Below are positions 40,767 through 54,054 of a DNA stretch of 64,000 bases, one piece after another. The stretch is from NCBI GenBank assembly GCA_963747095.1, contig CAVVEL010000002.1, positions 192,697 through 256,696 of the forward strand, given 5' to 3'. Position 1 is the stretch's first letter. Every line of letters begins with the position of its first letter. Below the pieces are notes generated by a model. The model was given only the letters and a program-made list of their open reading frames with translations. It made no database searches and had not been told where the DNA came from. This DNA is from Terriglobia bacterium (GTDB taxonomy: Bacteria; Acidobacteriota; Terriglobia; JAJPHL01). A program made the position numbers and the translations under genes.

Positions 40767-43700
40767 CCCGAGCGTCCTCGCGGCAAAAATGGCTTTTCGT
40801 CGTTGCCACGTTTCTGACGGCGTTCTGTTCCGGCCAAACGTTTAGTGTTTCTCCGACGTCTTTGCACTACTACGGCGGGGGCGGCAACTACCAAAGCATC
40901 TCCATCACGGTCTCCGCGTCGGCAACTTGGACGGTCTCGGCGCCGCCGGCTTGGATCACGCTGAGTCCCAGTTCCGGCACGGGATCGGGCAGCATCTCGC
41001 TGGTGGTAGCTGCGAATACGCCGAGTGCGTCCAGGTCCGCCACTCTCAATGTGTCCTCCGGCAGTACGTCCATCCCCGTGACGATTAGCGAGGATGCTCT
41101 GGCTTCAGGCCCGCCATCGGTTGGGCTGGTGAATACACCCTCCGGTGGCAGTTTCCCGCTGCACTCCACGCAACAACTGCTGAAATTTCGATTCGACAGT
41201 CCCAACGGCCCCGACTACCTGGCCTGGACGGCGATCGTGATCAACGATTACTTGAACTGGGACGACGGCTGCGTCGCGGCGTTCTTGCCGGTATATGACG
41301 CGTTCTACCTGCTGAACGGCGAGACTTGGACCCCCTACACACTGGGGTCGTCGGGCCAGGCCGTCAGCACGCATTGCACGATTGACTTGGGTTCCAGTGG
41401 CCCCGTGGGAAACGGAGCGGGAACTGGTTATGAGTTGGACCTGAATGTTACTCTCCGGCCCTCGGCCGTGGGACAACAGTTCATCTGGTCCGACTCGATT
41501 GATGTTGCCAATGGTACAACCGGCTGGACCAACCTGGCCAACTGGACCGCCTACGATTGGATCACCAACCCCGTTGCTCCCACCGTGACGGTACCATCGC
41601 TGCCGGCGATTGCCACGCAGACCGTCCACGCCACCGTGACGGACGGAAACGGCTACGTGCATATCGATGCGATCACGGGACAAGTGGTACGGCCAGGCAC
41701 GAGTGGCAGCGGTTGCTACTTCAGCATCGATCCGCGCACCAAGACGCTAACGCTGATCGCCGTTCCATCCGGCAGCACGATTGGTTCGGGAACGCTGGGC
41801 AGCAGCGGTGTCCTGGCGGCCAGCGGGCTGTGTTCGCTGGATTTAAGCTCCTCGCATCTTCACGCCAATCCCGATTGGACGCAACCGGACCCCGACCCCA
41901 ACGCGGCGGTGTATCCCAACTGGTATGTGGATCTGGCATGGACGGCGCCAGCCGCCCTTTCTTGGCCGCTGGGCATTACGGTTGTGGCCTACGACATTGA
42001 AACATCGCTGAACAATTATGCCGTGGCGACCTGGGGCGGGCCGACGATCAGCCAGAGTCCGGCTTCGCTCAGCTTCAACGCCACCGTGGGTGGCGCCAAT
42101 CCGGTGCCCCAGACGATCGCGGTCACCAATCCCGGCGCGGGATCGTTGGCCTGGACTGCGGCGGCGAGCACCGGTGCCGGCAATTGGTTGTCCGTTTCAC
42201 CGGCGTCGGGCACGAACGCTGGCACGTTGACCGTAACCATCAACACCGGCGGTCTCGCCGCGGGCTCTTATACGGGGGCCATCACCATTTCATCCTCGGC
42301 GGCGGTCAACTCGCCGCAGACGGTGCCGGTGAGTTTGACGATGTCGAATCCCGTGCCGACGGTGACTTCCGTGAGCCGGGTTCGGTCTCGGCCGGTTCGG
42401 CTGCCTTCACTCTGACGGTGAACGGCACGGGCTTTGTACCCACCAGCAATGTGCTATGGAACGGGTCGAACAGGACGTCGGCTTATGTGGGCCTCAACCC
42501 AGGTGACAGCAGCGATTGCGGCGGCGGACGTGGCGGCAGCAGGTTCAGGCAACGTGACGGTAACCAATCCTGCGCCGGGTGGTGGAACGTCGAGCGGCGC
42601 GAGTTTCGCGATCAATAATCCCTCGCCGACAGTGACTTCGCTGTCTCCCACGTCTACGACCGCCGGATCGGCGGCCTTTACGCTGACCGTCACCGGGAGT
42701 TCGTTCATCTCCAGTTCCCAAGTGCAATGGAACGGAAGCAATCGCACGACGACTTACGTGAGCGCCACGCAGTTGACGGCGGCGATCACGGCGGCGGATG
42801 TGGCCTCGGCCGCCTTGATTCCGGTGACCGTGGTGAACCCCTCGCCAGGCGGCGGGATGTCAACCGCGGCCTCGTTCGCCATCAACAATCCGGTGCCCAC
42901 CTTGGCTGGGATGTCCCCCGCCTCTGCGAATGCCGGGGCGGTAGGTTTCACACTGACCCTAACTGGCGGCGGATTCAACTCCGAGTCGCAGGCCCAGTGG
43001 AATGGCAACAATCGTCCGACCACGTACACCGGCTCGCAATTGCTGGTGGTGATTTCAGCAGCCGATATTGCGTCGGGCGCCTGGGTTCCGGTGACCGTGG
43101 TGAACCCCGGACCGGGCGGCGGAGCATCGAGTACCCGCGACCTTTTTGGTCTACAATCCTGTGCCGACCTTGGGCGCGATTTCACCCTCCTCGACCAATG
43201 CCGGCTCAGCTGGCTTCAACCTCGCGGTGACTGGAAGCAATTTTGTTCCCGGCAGCATCGTGCAGTGGAATGGATCGGCGCGGACGACAGCCTACGTGAG
43301 CTCCACTCAGGTTAATGCGGCGATTACGGCAGCGGATGTCGCTACCGCTGGCACCGAAGCCGTTACAGTGATCAATTCAGGGCCCGGTGGCGGCACATCG
43401 AGCTCCACAACGTTGACGGTCAACAATTTCGCACCAACAATGGGCTCCGTCTCACCAACCAGTACGAGCGCCGGCTCAGCCTCTTTCACCCTGACGTTGA
43501 CGGGAACCGGCTTTGTGACGGGTAGTACGGTGCAGTGGAACGGATCGAACCGCACGACGACATATGTGAGTTCAACCCAACTCACGGCAGCGATCAACGC
43601 AGCGGACGTAGCCTCTGCGGGCACCGTGTCAGTGGCCGTGGTGAATCCGTCGCCAGGCGGCGGAACGTCAGCTCCGGCGACGTTTGCTATCAACAATCCC

Positions 43701-46700
43701 GCACCAGCCATTAGCACAATTGCGCCTGCGTCAACCACGGCTGGTTCGACAGCCTTCACGCTGACGTTGACGGGAACCGGCTTTGTGACGGGTAGCACAG
43801 TGCAGTGGAATGGATCGAACCGAGCCACGACTTATGTGAGCTCGACCCAGCTCACGGCGGCGATCACTGCGGCGGACGTAGCCTCTGTGGGCACCGTGCC
43901 AGTGGCCGTGGTGAATTCTTCGCCGGGCGGAGGACCATCGACTCCCACAACGTTCACAGTCAACAGTCCCGTGCCTTCCGTGACTGCGCTCGCCCCCAGT
44001 TCTACTACGGCTGGTTCGACAGCCTTCACCCTGACGTTGACGGGAACCGGCTTTGTGACGGGTAGTACGGTGCAGTGGAACGGATCAAACCACACCACGA
44101 CATATGTGAGTTCAACCCAACTCACGGCAGCGATCAACGCGGCGGACGTAGCCTCTGCAGGCACCGTGCCGGTGGCCGTGGTGAATCCGTCGCCGGGCGG
44201 CGGAACATCAGCTCCGGCGACGTTTGCCATCAATAATCCCGCACCAGCCATTAGCACAATTGCGCCTGCGTCAACCACGGCTGGTTCGACAGCCTTCACC
44301 CTGACGTTGACGGGAACCGGCTTTGTGACGGGTAGTACGGTGCCGTGGAATGGATCGAACCGCACCACGACATATGTTAGTTCGACCCAACTCACGGCAG
44401 CGATCAACGCGACGGACGTAGCCTCGGCCGCTACAGCCTCCGTGACGGTTATGAATTCCACACCCGGGGGCGGGACGTCAACTCAGGTGACGTTCACGAT
44501 TAACAACCCTGTGCCGGCTATTGCCTCGCTGAGCCCAACATCTGCCACGCCGGGTGCAGCCGCCTTTACCCTCACGGTGAACGGGACGAACTTCGTGCCG
44601 AGCAGTGTGGTGAGATGGAATGGTAGCAACCGCACTACGACCTTTGTAAGCTCGACCCAGCTCACGGCAGCGATCACGGCTGCCGACGTTGCGACTGCCA
44701 CTACGGCCTCCGTGACAGTTATGAACGTCGCCCCGGGCGGCGGGGCCTCGGGCGGTTCGTCGTTCACGATCTTGAATCCGGTTCCCGCACTCGCCGGGGT
44801 ATCCCCGTCATCGGCGGCGGCTGGGTCGACTGGCATGACTCTGACCATAACTGGTAGCGGGTTCAATTCCAGTTCAGTGGTGCAGTGGAATGGCAGCCCT
44901 CGCCCGACCAATTTATCTGTCTCCCAGTTAGTGGCGTTGATCTCCGCGTCCGATCTGAGTACGCAGGGCTACGCGTCGGTGGCTGTGTTTAATCCGGCAC
45001 CGGGCGGCGGCACGTCTCCGAGCTACTCGTTCCAGATTACCAGTGCGAATCCTTTGCCTGGGATATCTTCCATCTCTCCGAACACGGCTCCGCCGGGATC
45101 GTCCGCTTTCACCCTGACGGTTACCGGCATTGGGTTCATCTCCGGCTCGCAAGTCCTGTGGAATGGCAGCCCGGTCACTACAAACTTCATCAACTCCTCG
45201 ACAAGCTTGACGGCAAGTATCAACGCCAGCCTTGTCGCCAATGCCGGCATTGCCAACGTATCGGTTTCGAATCCCACGCCGGGCGGCGGAACCTCCAGTA
45301 GCCTCACGTTCAACATTAGCACCCCCAATCCCGCGCCAGCGGTGACCTCGCTTTCTCCGGCTTCTATTGCGGCGGGTTCCGCCGCCTTTACCCTGGCAGT
45401 GAACGGAAGCGGGTTCAACTCCAATTCGCAGGTGCTGTGGAATGGCGTCAGCAGTCTCTCCATCAACGAAGGCAACAGCAGTTCAACCCAGTTGCAGGCC
45501 ACGGTTCCGGCCGCGAATGTCGGCGCGGGCGGCACGGCGTCGGTGACGGTGTTCAATCCCACACCGGGGGGTGGTACATCAACCGCTCTGACGTTCACAT
45601 TCAATAATCCTACGCCGGTAATGAGCGCGATTTCACCGTCCACGACCACCACTGGTTCCGCGTTCACCCTGACGGTGAACGGAACAGCCTTCGTTACGAA
45701 CAGTACCGTGCTGTGGCAAGGATCGCCGCAGCCGACGACATATGTGAGCGGGACACAGTTGACGGCTGCGATCCCCGCGTCACTGGTGGGGCTCCACAGG
45801 TGCAGCCGCGATTACGGTCACGAACCCGGCGCCAGGCGGCGGAACCTCGGCTCCGCCACCGTCAACATCAATAATCCTGCACCCACGTTGGTTACCATCT
45901 CGCCGGCTTCCGCACTGCCGGGATCGGCTTCCTTCTCTCTAACGGTGAACGGAAGCGCTTTCACCACGAACAGCGCGGTGCAGTGGAATGGCTCGAGCCG
46001 CCCGACGTCGTACGTCAGCGCCACGCAATTGACGGCATCAATCGCGGCGTCGGACATAGCCTCGGCCGGCACGGTCCTTGTGACCGTGTTCAATCCCACA
46101 CCGGGAGGTGGTACTTCGGCCAGCCAAACGTTCACGATCGCCAGTGTGAATCCTACACCGGTGATCGGCAGCATCTCGCCGGTTTCCGCCACGGCCGGAG
46201 CGACTGCTTTGACGCTGACAGTGACTGGCAGCGGGTTCATCTCCACTTCACAGGTGATGTGGAATAATTCCAGTCTCACTATCACCTCCACCAGCCCGAC
46301 CCAGTTGCAGGCGACCATCCCGGTTGGCGATCTCGCTGCCGCCGGCAGTGCTACGGTGTCAGTGGTGAATCCCACACCTGGTGGAGGCACCTCGGGATCG
46401 GCGACCTTCAACATTAGCGCTCCTGTGGTCCTCAGCAGCATATTGCCCACCTCTGCCGTGGCGGGGTTGACCGGCATTAGCTTGGTAGTGAACGGCAGCG
46501 GGTTTACCTCCTCTACGCAGGTACAGTGGAACGACAGCGACCGCACGATCACCTCCTTCACCGCCACTCAGTTGCAAGTACAGATCACAACAGCGGATCT
46601 GGCCACGGTAGGCACGGCCCGCGTATCGGTCACGGGCGTATCGAACAGCATGGCGTTCATGATCGGCAGTTCCGTGCCAACGCCCTCGAGAGAGTACATC

Positions 46701-47192
46701 CGGCTTGGCAGCAGGGTCGTCGCCATTGAATCTGCGGTGTCCAGTTCAGCTCCCCCAGCATCGGTCGGGCCTGAATTGGTCCCTTCCCAGAACTTGACTG
46801 CTGGCCGTAGCATTGCCCCGCCCAAACTGCGGGTGCCTTCCAAGCCGATCTCCGACCGCCCCAGCGTCCTCAGGATCCATTTCGACGATCCCAAGGGTCT
46901 CTTGAAAGCCAATGAGCACGCAGCCGGAACGAAGCTAAGGCTGGACGCAAGAACCACCGATGGAAAAGCGCTTGTGACTACGCGGGTGCTCAACAGGTCT
47001 ACGGCAGGCCTCGACTACATCATTGTCGTGCCTGTAGATGAAGCCGTGAACTTGCAAGTCCTGAATCCCCGATTCAGCTTCACGGACGCCAAGGGCAAGC
47101 TTGTGAAGGACGGACTGATCACAATTCCGGCGGCGCATCGCCCAGAGGGCGCGAACGGCCGCGTCGTTCTCACGGTGGTGGAAACAAACTGA
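40763..47192 (+). CDS. Giant cell-surface protein with ~27 tandem IPT/TIG-like ~93-aa repeats (apparent frameshifts ~42370 and ~43140)
   Basis: Signal peptide MTRASSRQKWLFVVATFLTAFCSG; repeat consensus [87 protein letters not shown]; units 43440..44420 >95% identical at DNA level. Confidence 0.7.
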
Positions 47193-47265
47193 CCGGTAGC
47201 GGTATGCACGAACGAAGGTAGGTGCCTGTGAGGTTGGATTTGGGATTACGAAAGGGTAAAAGTCT

Positions 47266-47670
47266 ATGGGTCGCCGCAACTTTTTGATCGCGTCACTACT
47301 CATGACGAATCTGGCATGGTTTTCGGGGTCCGCTTTGGCCCAGAATGTCCATGCTCCGCAAACGTCACCAATCAAAGCAGGCGACAAGGTGCCGGTTATC
47401 GTGGTGACTCTGCGGCCACATGGGTTTGAGCCTGAAAAACTCACGCTCAGCCAGAACACCGTCATTATTCACATCGTAAATCGGGCCGGCGGGGTCGGCG
47501 ATCCGAATCTGAAGATCAAGCGGCAGAGCGACAACGCTCAAGTCTACGCTGACAAGGCATCTCAGAATGGAAATGATACGTGGCGCATCCTGGTATTCGA
47601 GAAAGGTAAGTTTACGATGACCTTATCGAATCACTCCACTGCCGCACTCGCCATCGAGGTGACACAGTGA
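47266..47670 (+). CDS. Small secreted protein (134 aa), unknown function, immediately upstream of RHS gene
   Basis: Signal peptide MGRRNFLIASLLMTNLAWFSGSALA; stop overlaps RHS start. Confidence 0.45.
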   Translation: MGRRNFLIASLLMTNLAWFSGSALAQNVHAPQTSPIKAGDKVPVIVVTLRPHGFEPEKLTLSQNTVIIHIVNRAGGVGDPNLKIKRQSDNAQVYADKASQNGNDTWRILVFEKGKFTMTLSNHSTAALAIEVTQ

Positions 47671-50600
47671 AGCAACGTTCGAGAATGGAGATCGGGTTAG
47701 CGCTAACCCTGTGTTGGCTTTCCATCTGCGTGGGAGCGAGCGCGCAAAGCAACAACACGCTCTTGACTTCGACCACGGGGTTTACGCCGCCGAAGATGAC
47801 GCCAGGGTCGCCGGACTCGTCCTACGAGCTGAGCGGATTCGACACGATCAACCCGATGAACGGAAAGCTCAATTTCCGCCTCGTTCTTCGTACGCTCGAA
47901 GGACGGGATGGCATGAAGCTGCCCATCGTGTTGCCCCTTCAGCGGAACTGGCAGGGGCAGACCCTATCCATTCCCCACGACTGCACGATCACGGGCTACA
48001 ACCCAGACGGAAGCCCCATAATCGTATGCCAGTGGCAGCTAGTCTATTTCGCAATTGACGCTTGGTGGTATAACGCCGATCTCCCGTACTCGCCGGGCTA
48101 CGTCGGATTGAGGGGGGCGGGACTGGGTACAATGTCTACCCCGGATTACACGACCCTGAATTACCAGAACACCAACACGCAGATACTGCGGTAACGCCTG
48201 ACGGAACAGAATACGATTTGCGGGACGCGCCGACCAGAGGCGCGCGAGAGGGGTACGTCTCCACTGGCTACAACCGAGGAAGCACGTTTGTTTCCGTGGA
48301 TGGGAATGCTGCGACGTTCATTTCGCATACCGGCGACACGGCCCAAACGCTCGTCCCGATCAATGACGCAATATCGAATGCCGGTCCGTTAGGCGCAACC
48401 GGAACCTTACTCACCAAGGACGGCACTCGCTATCTGGTGGCAGGGGGGCTGATCAGCAAGATCACGGATCACAACGGCAATTACTTCACTTTCACTTATG
48501 ACGCTAACAGCCGGCCCGTTACGATCGTCGACTCGCTGGGCCGGACTGTGTCGATCTCTTACGGTAATGCAAACGATTCTACTTTCGGCGATGCCACCTG
48601 GAAAGTGGACATCATCACATATACTGGGACTGGCGGCAACAGCCGCTCCATCAAAGTCTATACGGCCCCGCTGGATAAGCGTTTGCTCAGCGGTACCACT
48701 TCCAGCCGAACCGCGCTGTTTTCCAGTCTCACCTGTAACAACCCGGTAGACCATTGCGACTACAGCTCCTACGATCCGCAGGTGTACGCAAAAGTCGTGT
48801 ACCCGAACGGAGATGCCTTCGATTTTCTCTATAATGCGTATGGCGAGGTTGCCCAGGTAACTCTGCCCACTGGCGGCGTCTATCAATATGACTGGAATCT
48901 CTGTCCGAACGACGTGAGCGGTTGTGGAAGCCTTTGGGGCAGCATACCTTACCAGATCTACATCGACCGCCACGTGAACGAGAAAAGGATTTACGCTTCC
49001 GCGGCCGCGGTGACCGCCGGGACGCCCCTCGGAAAAATCGACTGGAGCACGGGGCTGCAACACCGAACACCAACCGATCCTACGGACTGTTGAGGACCAC
49101 TGATGGCACCGGTAACGTGCTTCGATGCACCCGACACTATTATTTGCAAAATGGCGATCTCCCGCAATGTGATCCAACGAGCTATCCGAGTTGGCAGGCA
49201 AACAAGGAAGACCGCACCGAGGTCTGCGCGAGCGATGGCACAACCCTTCTACAGACCATCCAGCACACCTGGGCGCAGCGCCCGGTCGCGTCAGGCGAGA
49301 CCTTCACAGACGACCCTCAGAATGCCAGCACTCGGCTGCACGATCCCCGAATTACACAGACCGACACAGGTTGGCTGAAGCTGCCATTCAGCACCCAATC
49401 TTACGACGTGTCGCGACAGATGTTCACTTACGATCAGTACAACAACGCCCTGACCACCCAGGAGTACGACAGTGGCGTAGGCGCTCCCGGCAGCCTGCTT
49501 CGAACAGTCACGCGGACGTTTCTTACGCAGTCCCTGGACACGTTGAAGGCATATGACGCCGCGCCATCCAGTGCGCTGGCAGTTAAAGATGCCATCCATA
49601 TCCGGAACGCCGTTACGTCCGAGACGGTGACCGGAGCGTCGTTGACGCTCACCTTTTACGATGGAACCACGGAATCACAAAACTCGCCGGTCGCGGCGAG
49701 TGGAAACAGTGGTGCGTCCGGCCACGATGACACCAACTTCGGAACGGCACGATTGTACCGGGGAAATCTTACCAAATCACGAAAGCTGGTGTCCGGAACT
49801 GCTTATGTAAACGAAAGCCGGACTTATGACGTCAATGGAGGCGTGCTGACAGTGACGGACGGCAATTCGAAAGCGACCAGCTATTCCTATTCCGACAGCG
49901 GAACCACAACCGGGTCGAACACCTACGCCTTTTTGACGACGGTCACCTACCCCGCCGTGTCGGGCGGCACCGCGATGACCGAAAGCTACACGTGGGACTA
50001 TTATCTAGGGAAGCCGCTGAGTCACACAGATGCCAATAGCGCGACGACTTCTTTCAGTTACGAGAATTCCGCGACATTGCTCGACCGGCTCTCGGAGATC
50101 ACGGCTCCAGGTGACGGCGCTACCACGAACTACGTCTATTGCGATTCAGGGACGGCCGGCACCGATTGCCCGTCGGACAGCTCGCTGGCGGCGCAGCGGC
50201 CCTCGGTACTGACTAAGCACGACCGGGATACTCCAAAGGACGGAATCCTACAAACTAGGACCCTCTACGACAGCCTGGGCCGCGTGAGCGGGACTTTACA
50301 GAGCGCTCCCGGCGGGCCGATTTACGTGTCCAAGAGTTACGATGCCTTGGGACAAGTAGTGAGCGCGACCAATCCGGTCTACGGAACGACGGCTGGCTCG
50401 GCGACCACCTACAGCTACGACACGTTGGGGCGGGCAACCGCAGTGACCACGGCGGATTCGGCCACAACCAGCACCAGCTATAACGGGCTGACCACGACCG
50501 TGACAGACCCGGCCGCAGCGGCGCGCACGATGGTGAACGACGGTCTTGGGCGGATGACTTCGGTCCTGGATGGGTCGGGAGTCACAACGTATTATCAGTA

Positions 50601-52854
50601 TGATGTGCTGGACAATCTCCTTGGTGTCTGCCAGGGCGCGGCTTTCGGTACGAACGGTAACTGTCCCAGTACCGCGCAGGGGCGCACCTTCACCTACGAT
50701 GGTTTGCGCCGGCTGCAAACAGCGTCGAATCCGGAGACGGGCAATGCGGCTAAAGGCGACACGAGCTATACCTATGACGGGAACGGGAATCTCTTGACGC
50801 GGACCATGGCGGCGGCGTCCACGACCGGGAGTTCCTCGACCGTCACAATATCTTACGACGCCTTGAATCGGCCCTATTTGAAGGGCTATTCGGGACTGCG
50901 CAAGGCGCCGAACGTGACTCTTTGTTACGATGGGAACATATACGGTGGCAGCGACGGCGTCTGCACGACCGGCACCGCGACCAACGCGAACATGCGGGTG
51001 ACGGAAGTGCGGAACTCGGAGTCCTCGACCGCTTACACAGCCTACGACGCGCGAGGGCGCGTGACGGGTTATCAGCAGACACCCGTCGGAGGCCCTCCCT
51101 ACGCTTTCACTGGATTCACGTATAATCTAGCTGGAGGTTTGACTTCAATCACGTACCCTTACTCGGGCCGGACAGTAGCGCAAACGTTTGATTCGGCGGG
51201 GCGGGTGTCGGCGATCACGGGATATGCTTCGTCCATCACTTATGAGGCCCACGGCGGGCTGACGACCATGACCCTCATGACCCTCGGAAACTCGCTGCTT
51301 GAGAACTGGTCGTACAATTCGGCGCGGATGCAGCCAGAGGTAATTCAGCTGGGCACGGCGTCGAGTTCCGCGTCAGTTGTGAAGTTGGAAACCGCCTACT
51401 GCGACTCTGGATTCCAGGTGCCCTGCGGAACCAACAACGGCAACGTCAAGATGGACCGGATCACGGCGGATTCGGGAGTGTGGGCGCGGCGTTACAAATA
51501 CGATCTGGCGAACCGGCTGACCCAGGCGGGTGAATATGCGGATCCCACGGGCGGGCTGCCGCCGGCTCCGACCAGTGCGGTGTGTCAGGATTCAACGAGT
51601 GTTTGGTGCGAAGCGTATGGTTACAACGACAATTACGGCAACCGTTTGATTACGGCCCGTACCGGGTTGAGCGCGCCTCTGAATGAGCCGCAGGCGTTTG
51701 ATCCGGCAACGAACCGTGTCACGGGAACCTACTGGCAGTACGACGAAGCCGGCAACGTGACGCAAGATGGTGCGCAGATGGGTGCGTCCTACGACGGTGA
51801 GAACCGGTTGGTCAACGCTGCGGGCACTTCCTATGGATACGATGGCGACGGAAAGCGGGTCCGACGGACTTCGGGCGGGCAGGTCACAACATTTGTGCAT
51901 GGTCCCGACGGGCAGTTGGCGGCGGAGTATGGGGGCCCGACGCCGCTGGTCACAGGCCGTCTCTATGTCACCGTGGACCAGTTGGGGTCAACAAGGGTGG
52001 TGACGAACAGCAGCGGCACGCCGGTGGAGCGCATGGATTATCTCCCGTCCGGCGAGCAAATATTGGTGTCACAGGGAAGCCTGCGCAGCACCGTGGGGGA
52101 CGGGTATGGGGCGACCTCCGACGTCAAGGCGAGATTTACCGGCAAAGAACGAGACGCGGAAACAGGGCTGGATTATTTCGGGGCTAGGTACCTCTCGTCG
52201 GCGCAGGGACGGTGGATGAGTCCGGATTGGAGCGCGGCGCCGCAAGCTGTGCCTTACGCCGATCTCAGCGATCCGCAGACGCTGAACCTGTATGGCTACG
52301 TGCGGAATAACCCGCTTGGAAGGGCTGACGCCGATGGACACTGCTTCTGGGATGCCTGCATTGGTGAAGGCTATGTCGCTTATGTGGTGATCGGTGGAAC
52401 TGTGGCAACCGCAGCATACCTGATGACACCACAGGGTAAGGAGACGTTGCGTGCTGCCATTGTAGGAACCGGCGCGCTGATTACGAAAGCAGTTGGCGCG
52501 ATCGCTAATACTGTCAACGAGTCCACTGAGGAGACCGTTCCTCCTCCGAATACATCTCCGCGACCGAGCACAGAACAGATTCGTAAGGACTGGGAGAAGT
52601 TGCATGGAAAGCCGTGGCCCGTTGATCCCGCTACTGGCAAACCTAAGGAAGCCGACCATGATGTAGCGCGAGCAGATGGCGGTGTGGATGCGCCGACTAA
52701 CATTACGCCTCGGCCTCGCGTTAACCACATTCAGAGACACAAAGACAATGGTGATTTTTCCCGATGGGCACGGCGTCGCGGGAAGAAGCCTGAGACGCCA
52801 CCACAGCCACCGCCACCACCCCCACCGCCGCCGAAGCCGCCGGAGTCACAATGA
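47667..52854 (+). CDS. RHS/YD-repeat polymorphic toxin with C-terminal HNH-type (His-Me finger) nuclease domain and poly-proline tail; apparent frameshifts ~48190 and ~49090
   Basis: Signal peptide; many YD repeats (YSYDTLGR, YTYDGNGNLL, YKYDLANRL, YGYDGDGKRV); RHS core end GARYLSSAQGRWMSPDWSAAPQAVPYADLSDPQTLNLYGYVRNNPLGRADADGHC; toxin tail EADHDVARADGGVDAPTNITPRPRVNHIQRH; PPQPPPPPPPPPKPP. Confidence 0.8.
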
Positions 52855-53360
52855 CAGTGAGGCCCGAAATGGATGCTGAACTAGAAGCCCAAGTACGCCC
52901 CTTTGTTCCGGGTACTGAAGAGGAGGGTTGCGACGCTCTCCTAACCAAGTCGAACGAGTTCCTTGATGCTTTTCGGTGGGCCAGGCGAACAGGCAAGGTA
53001 TGGGTCGGTGACTGTGTTCCCGGAGTATGGGGTTTGTTTCTTGTAGAGCTCGATCCCCCAACGCCTGAGATCGATCAGTGTGTCTGGACCATTGTTGGAG
53101 ACTTGCCGCCTGCTTACATTAGTACCGTCTACGCCAAGTCGCCAAGAGCGGCTCTTGACGGGTACATTGGAGAAATGGAAGCTTGGGTTGACGCAGTCGA
53201 AAATGGAAAGCCGATGGATGACCTGATACCGGTGAATAGCGCTCCGACTCCTGCAAACGCGAAGGCGCTCAAGAGTCGGCTCGCGTTCCTCGAACGCGAG
53301 ATCCTGCCATACTTACCGGGCAAGGATCTTGCGAAAGACAGGGACGGAAGAACTGAGTAG
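52851..53360 (+). CDS. Candidate cognate immunity protein (169 aa) for the RHS C-terminal toxin
   Basis: ATG overlaps RHS stop (ATGA); acidic small protein; classic toxin-immunity arrangement. Confidence 0.5.
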   Translation: MTVRPEMDAELEAQVRPFVPGTEEEGCDALLTKSNEFLDAFRWARRTGKVWVGDCVPGVWGLFLVELDPPTPEIDQCVWTIVGDLPPAYISTVYAKSPRAALDGYIGEMEAWVDAVENGKPMDDLIPVNSAPTPANAKALKSRLAFLEREILPYLPGKDLAKDRDGRTE

Positions 53361-54054
53361 CCACTGATCCCAGCGCTCCCAGCTTGGTGTTTGGGAACCG
53401 CGGGGACAGCCGTGCGCCGGGATAAACCGGCATGTTGTAGAGGATGAAAGAGCCTTACAGGAAAGGAGCAGCGACTCCATCCTGACCTCGAGTCTTGCGT
53501 GGACACCGTCGCGAGGCGGTTGGCGAAGCGTAGACAGAGGCATTGATGGGCTGGGTGATTGAGCTTCGAAAACCTAACATTCGGGTGCCGACCCCTTGGC
53601 TGTGGCGGGAAGGCAACACTGGCGGCAGCGAAAATCGCGAGCGAAAGCCGGACCCGGCGTAGCCAGAGAACCCAGCACGTTGAGAAACAGCATGCACGAG
53701 AACCGGGAGACTTCAGCGGTGTCCCGCCGTATAGGGGACCGGTCCGGGAAGGCAATTTGCCGCACGCCGGACATGAACGCCGTTGAGGGGTCGGACCGCG
53801 CTGTAGTACCTATGAAGCTGCCGAACAAAGAGGGCCTGCGCCTCGGCGGAGGTGGTGGAGGGAAGAGCGCGGGCCAAGGAGAACGTTGCGGAACTCTACA
53901 CGAGCCCGACACAGAGCGAGGAAGTCCGTGTCCCAGGGGTTACGCGGCGTGCGCGAAGTGAAATTCGCTTCGACGCCATCATCCAAGGTAAGAGCCGTAT
54001 GCGGTAGTGCCGCTCGTACGGATCTGTGCGGGGGGCGGTCAGCAATGGCCGTCC

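Noticed and set aside
43440-44420. Near-identical 279-bp units as a possible CRISPR-like or mobile array
   Set aside because: Units are contiguous, in-frame protein repeats (IPT/TIG) with no spacers. This is an intragenic tandem repeat and not a CRISPR array.
53400-53425. GCGGGGACAGCC matching the first 12 nt of the REP-like 22-mer
   Set aside because: Only 12 nt match and the diagnostic TGATCTGCGTAGTC tail is missing. It is likely a chance match in GC-rich sequence.
53880-54050. RNase P RNA-like blocks (GAGGAAGUCCG…GGUAAGAGCC)
   Set aside because: Blocks are short and the expected 3' P4 strand (ACAGAACCCGGCUUA) is absent. The downstream region is RAYT coding sequence duplicated at 56170+, so a 350-nt RNase P RNA cannot fit.
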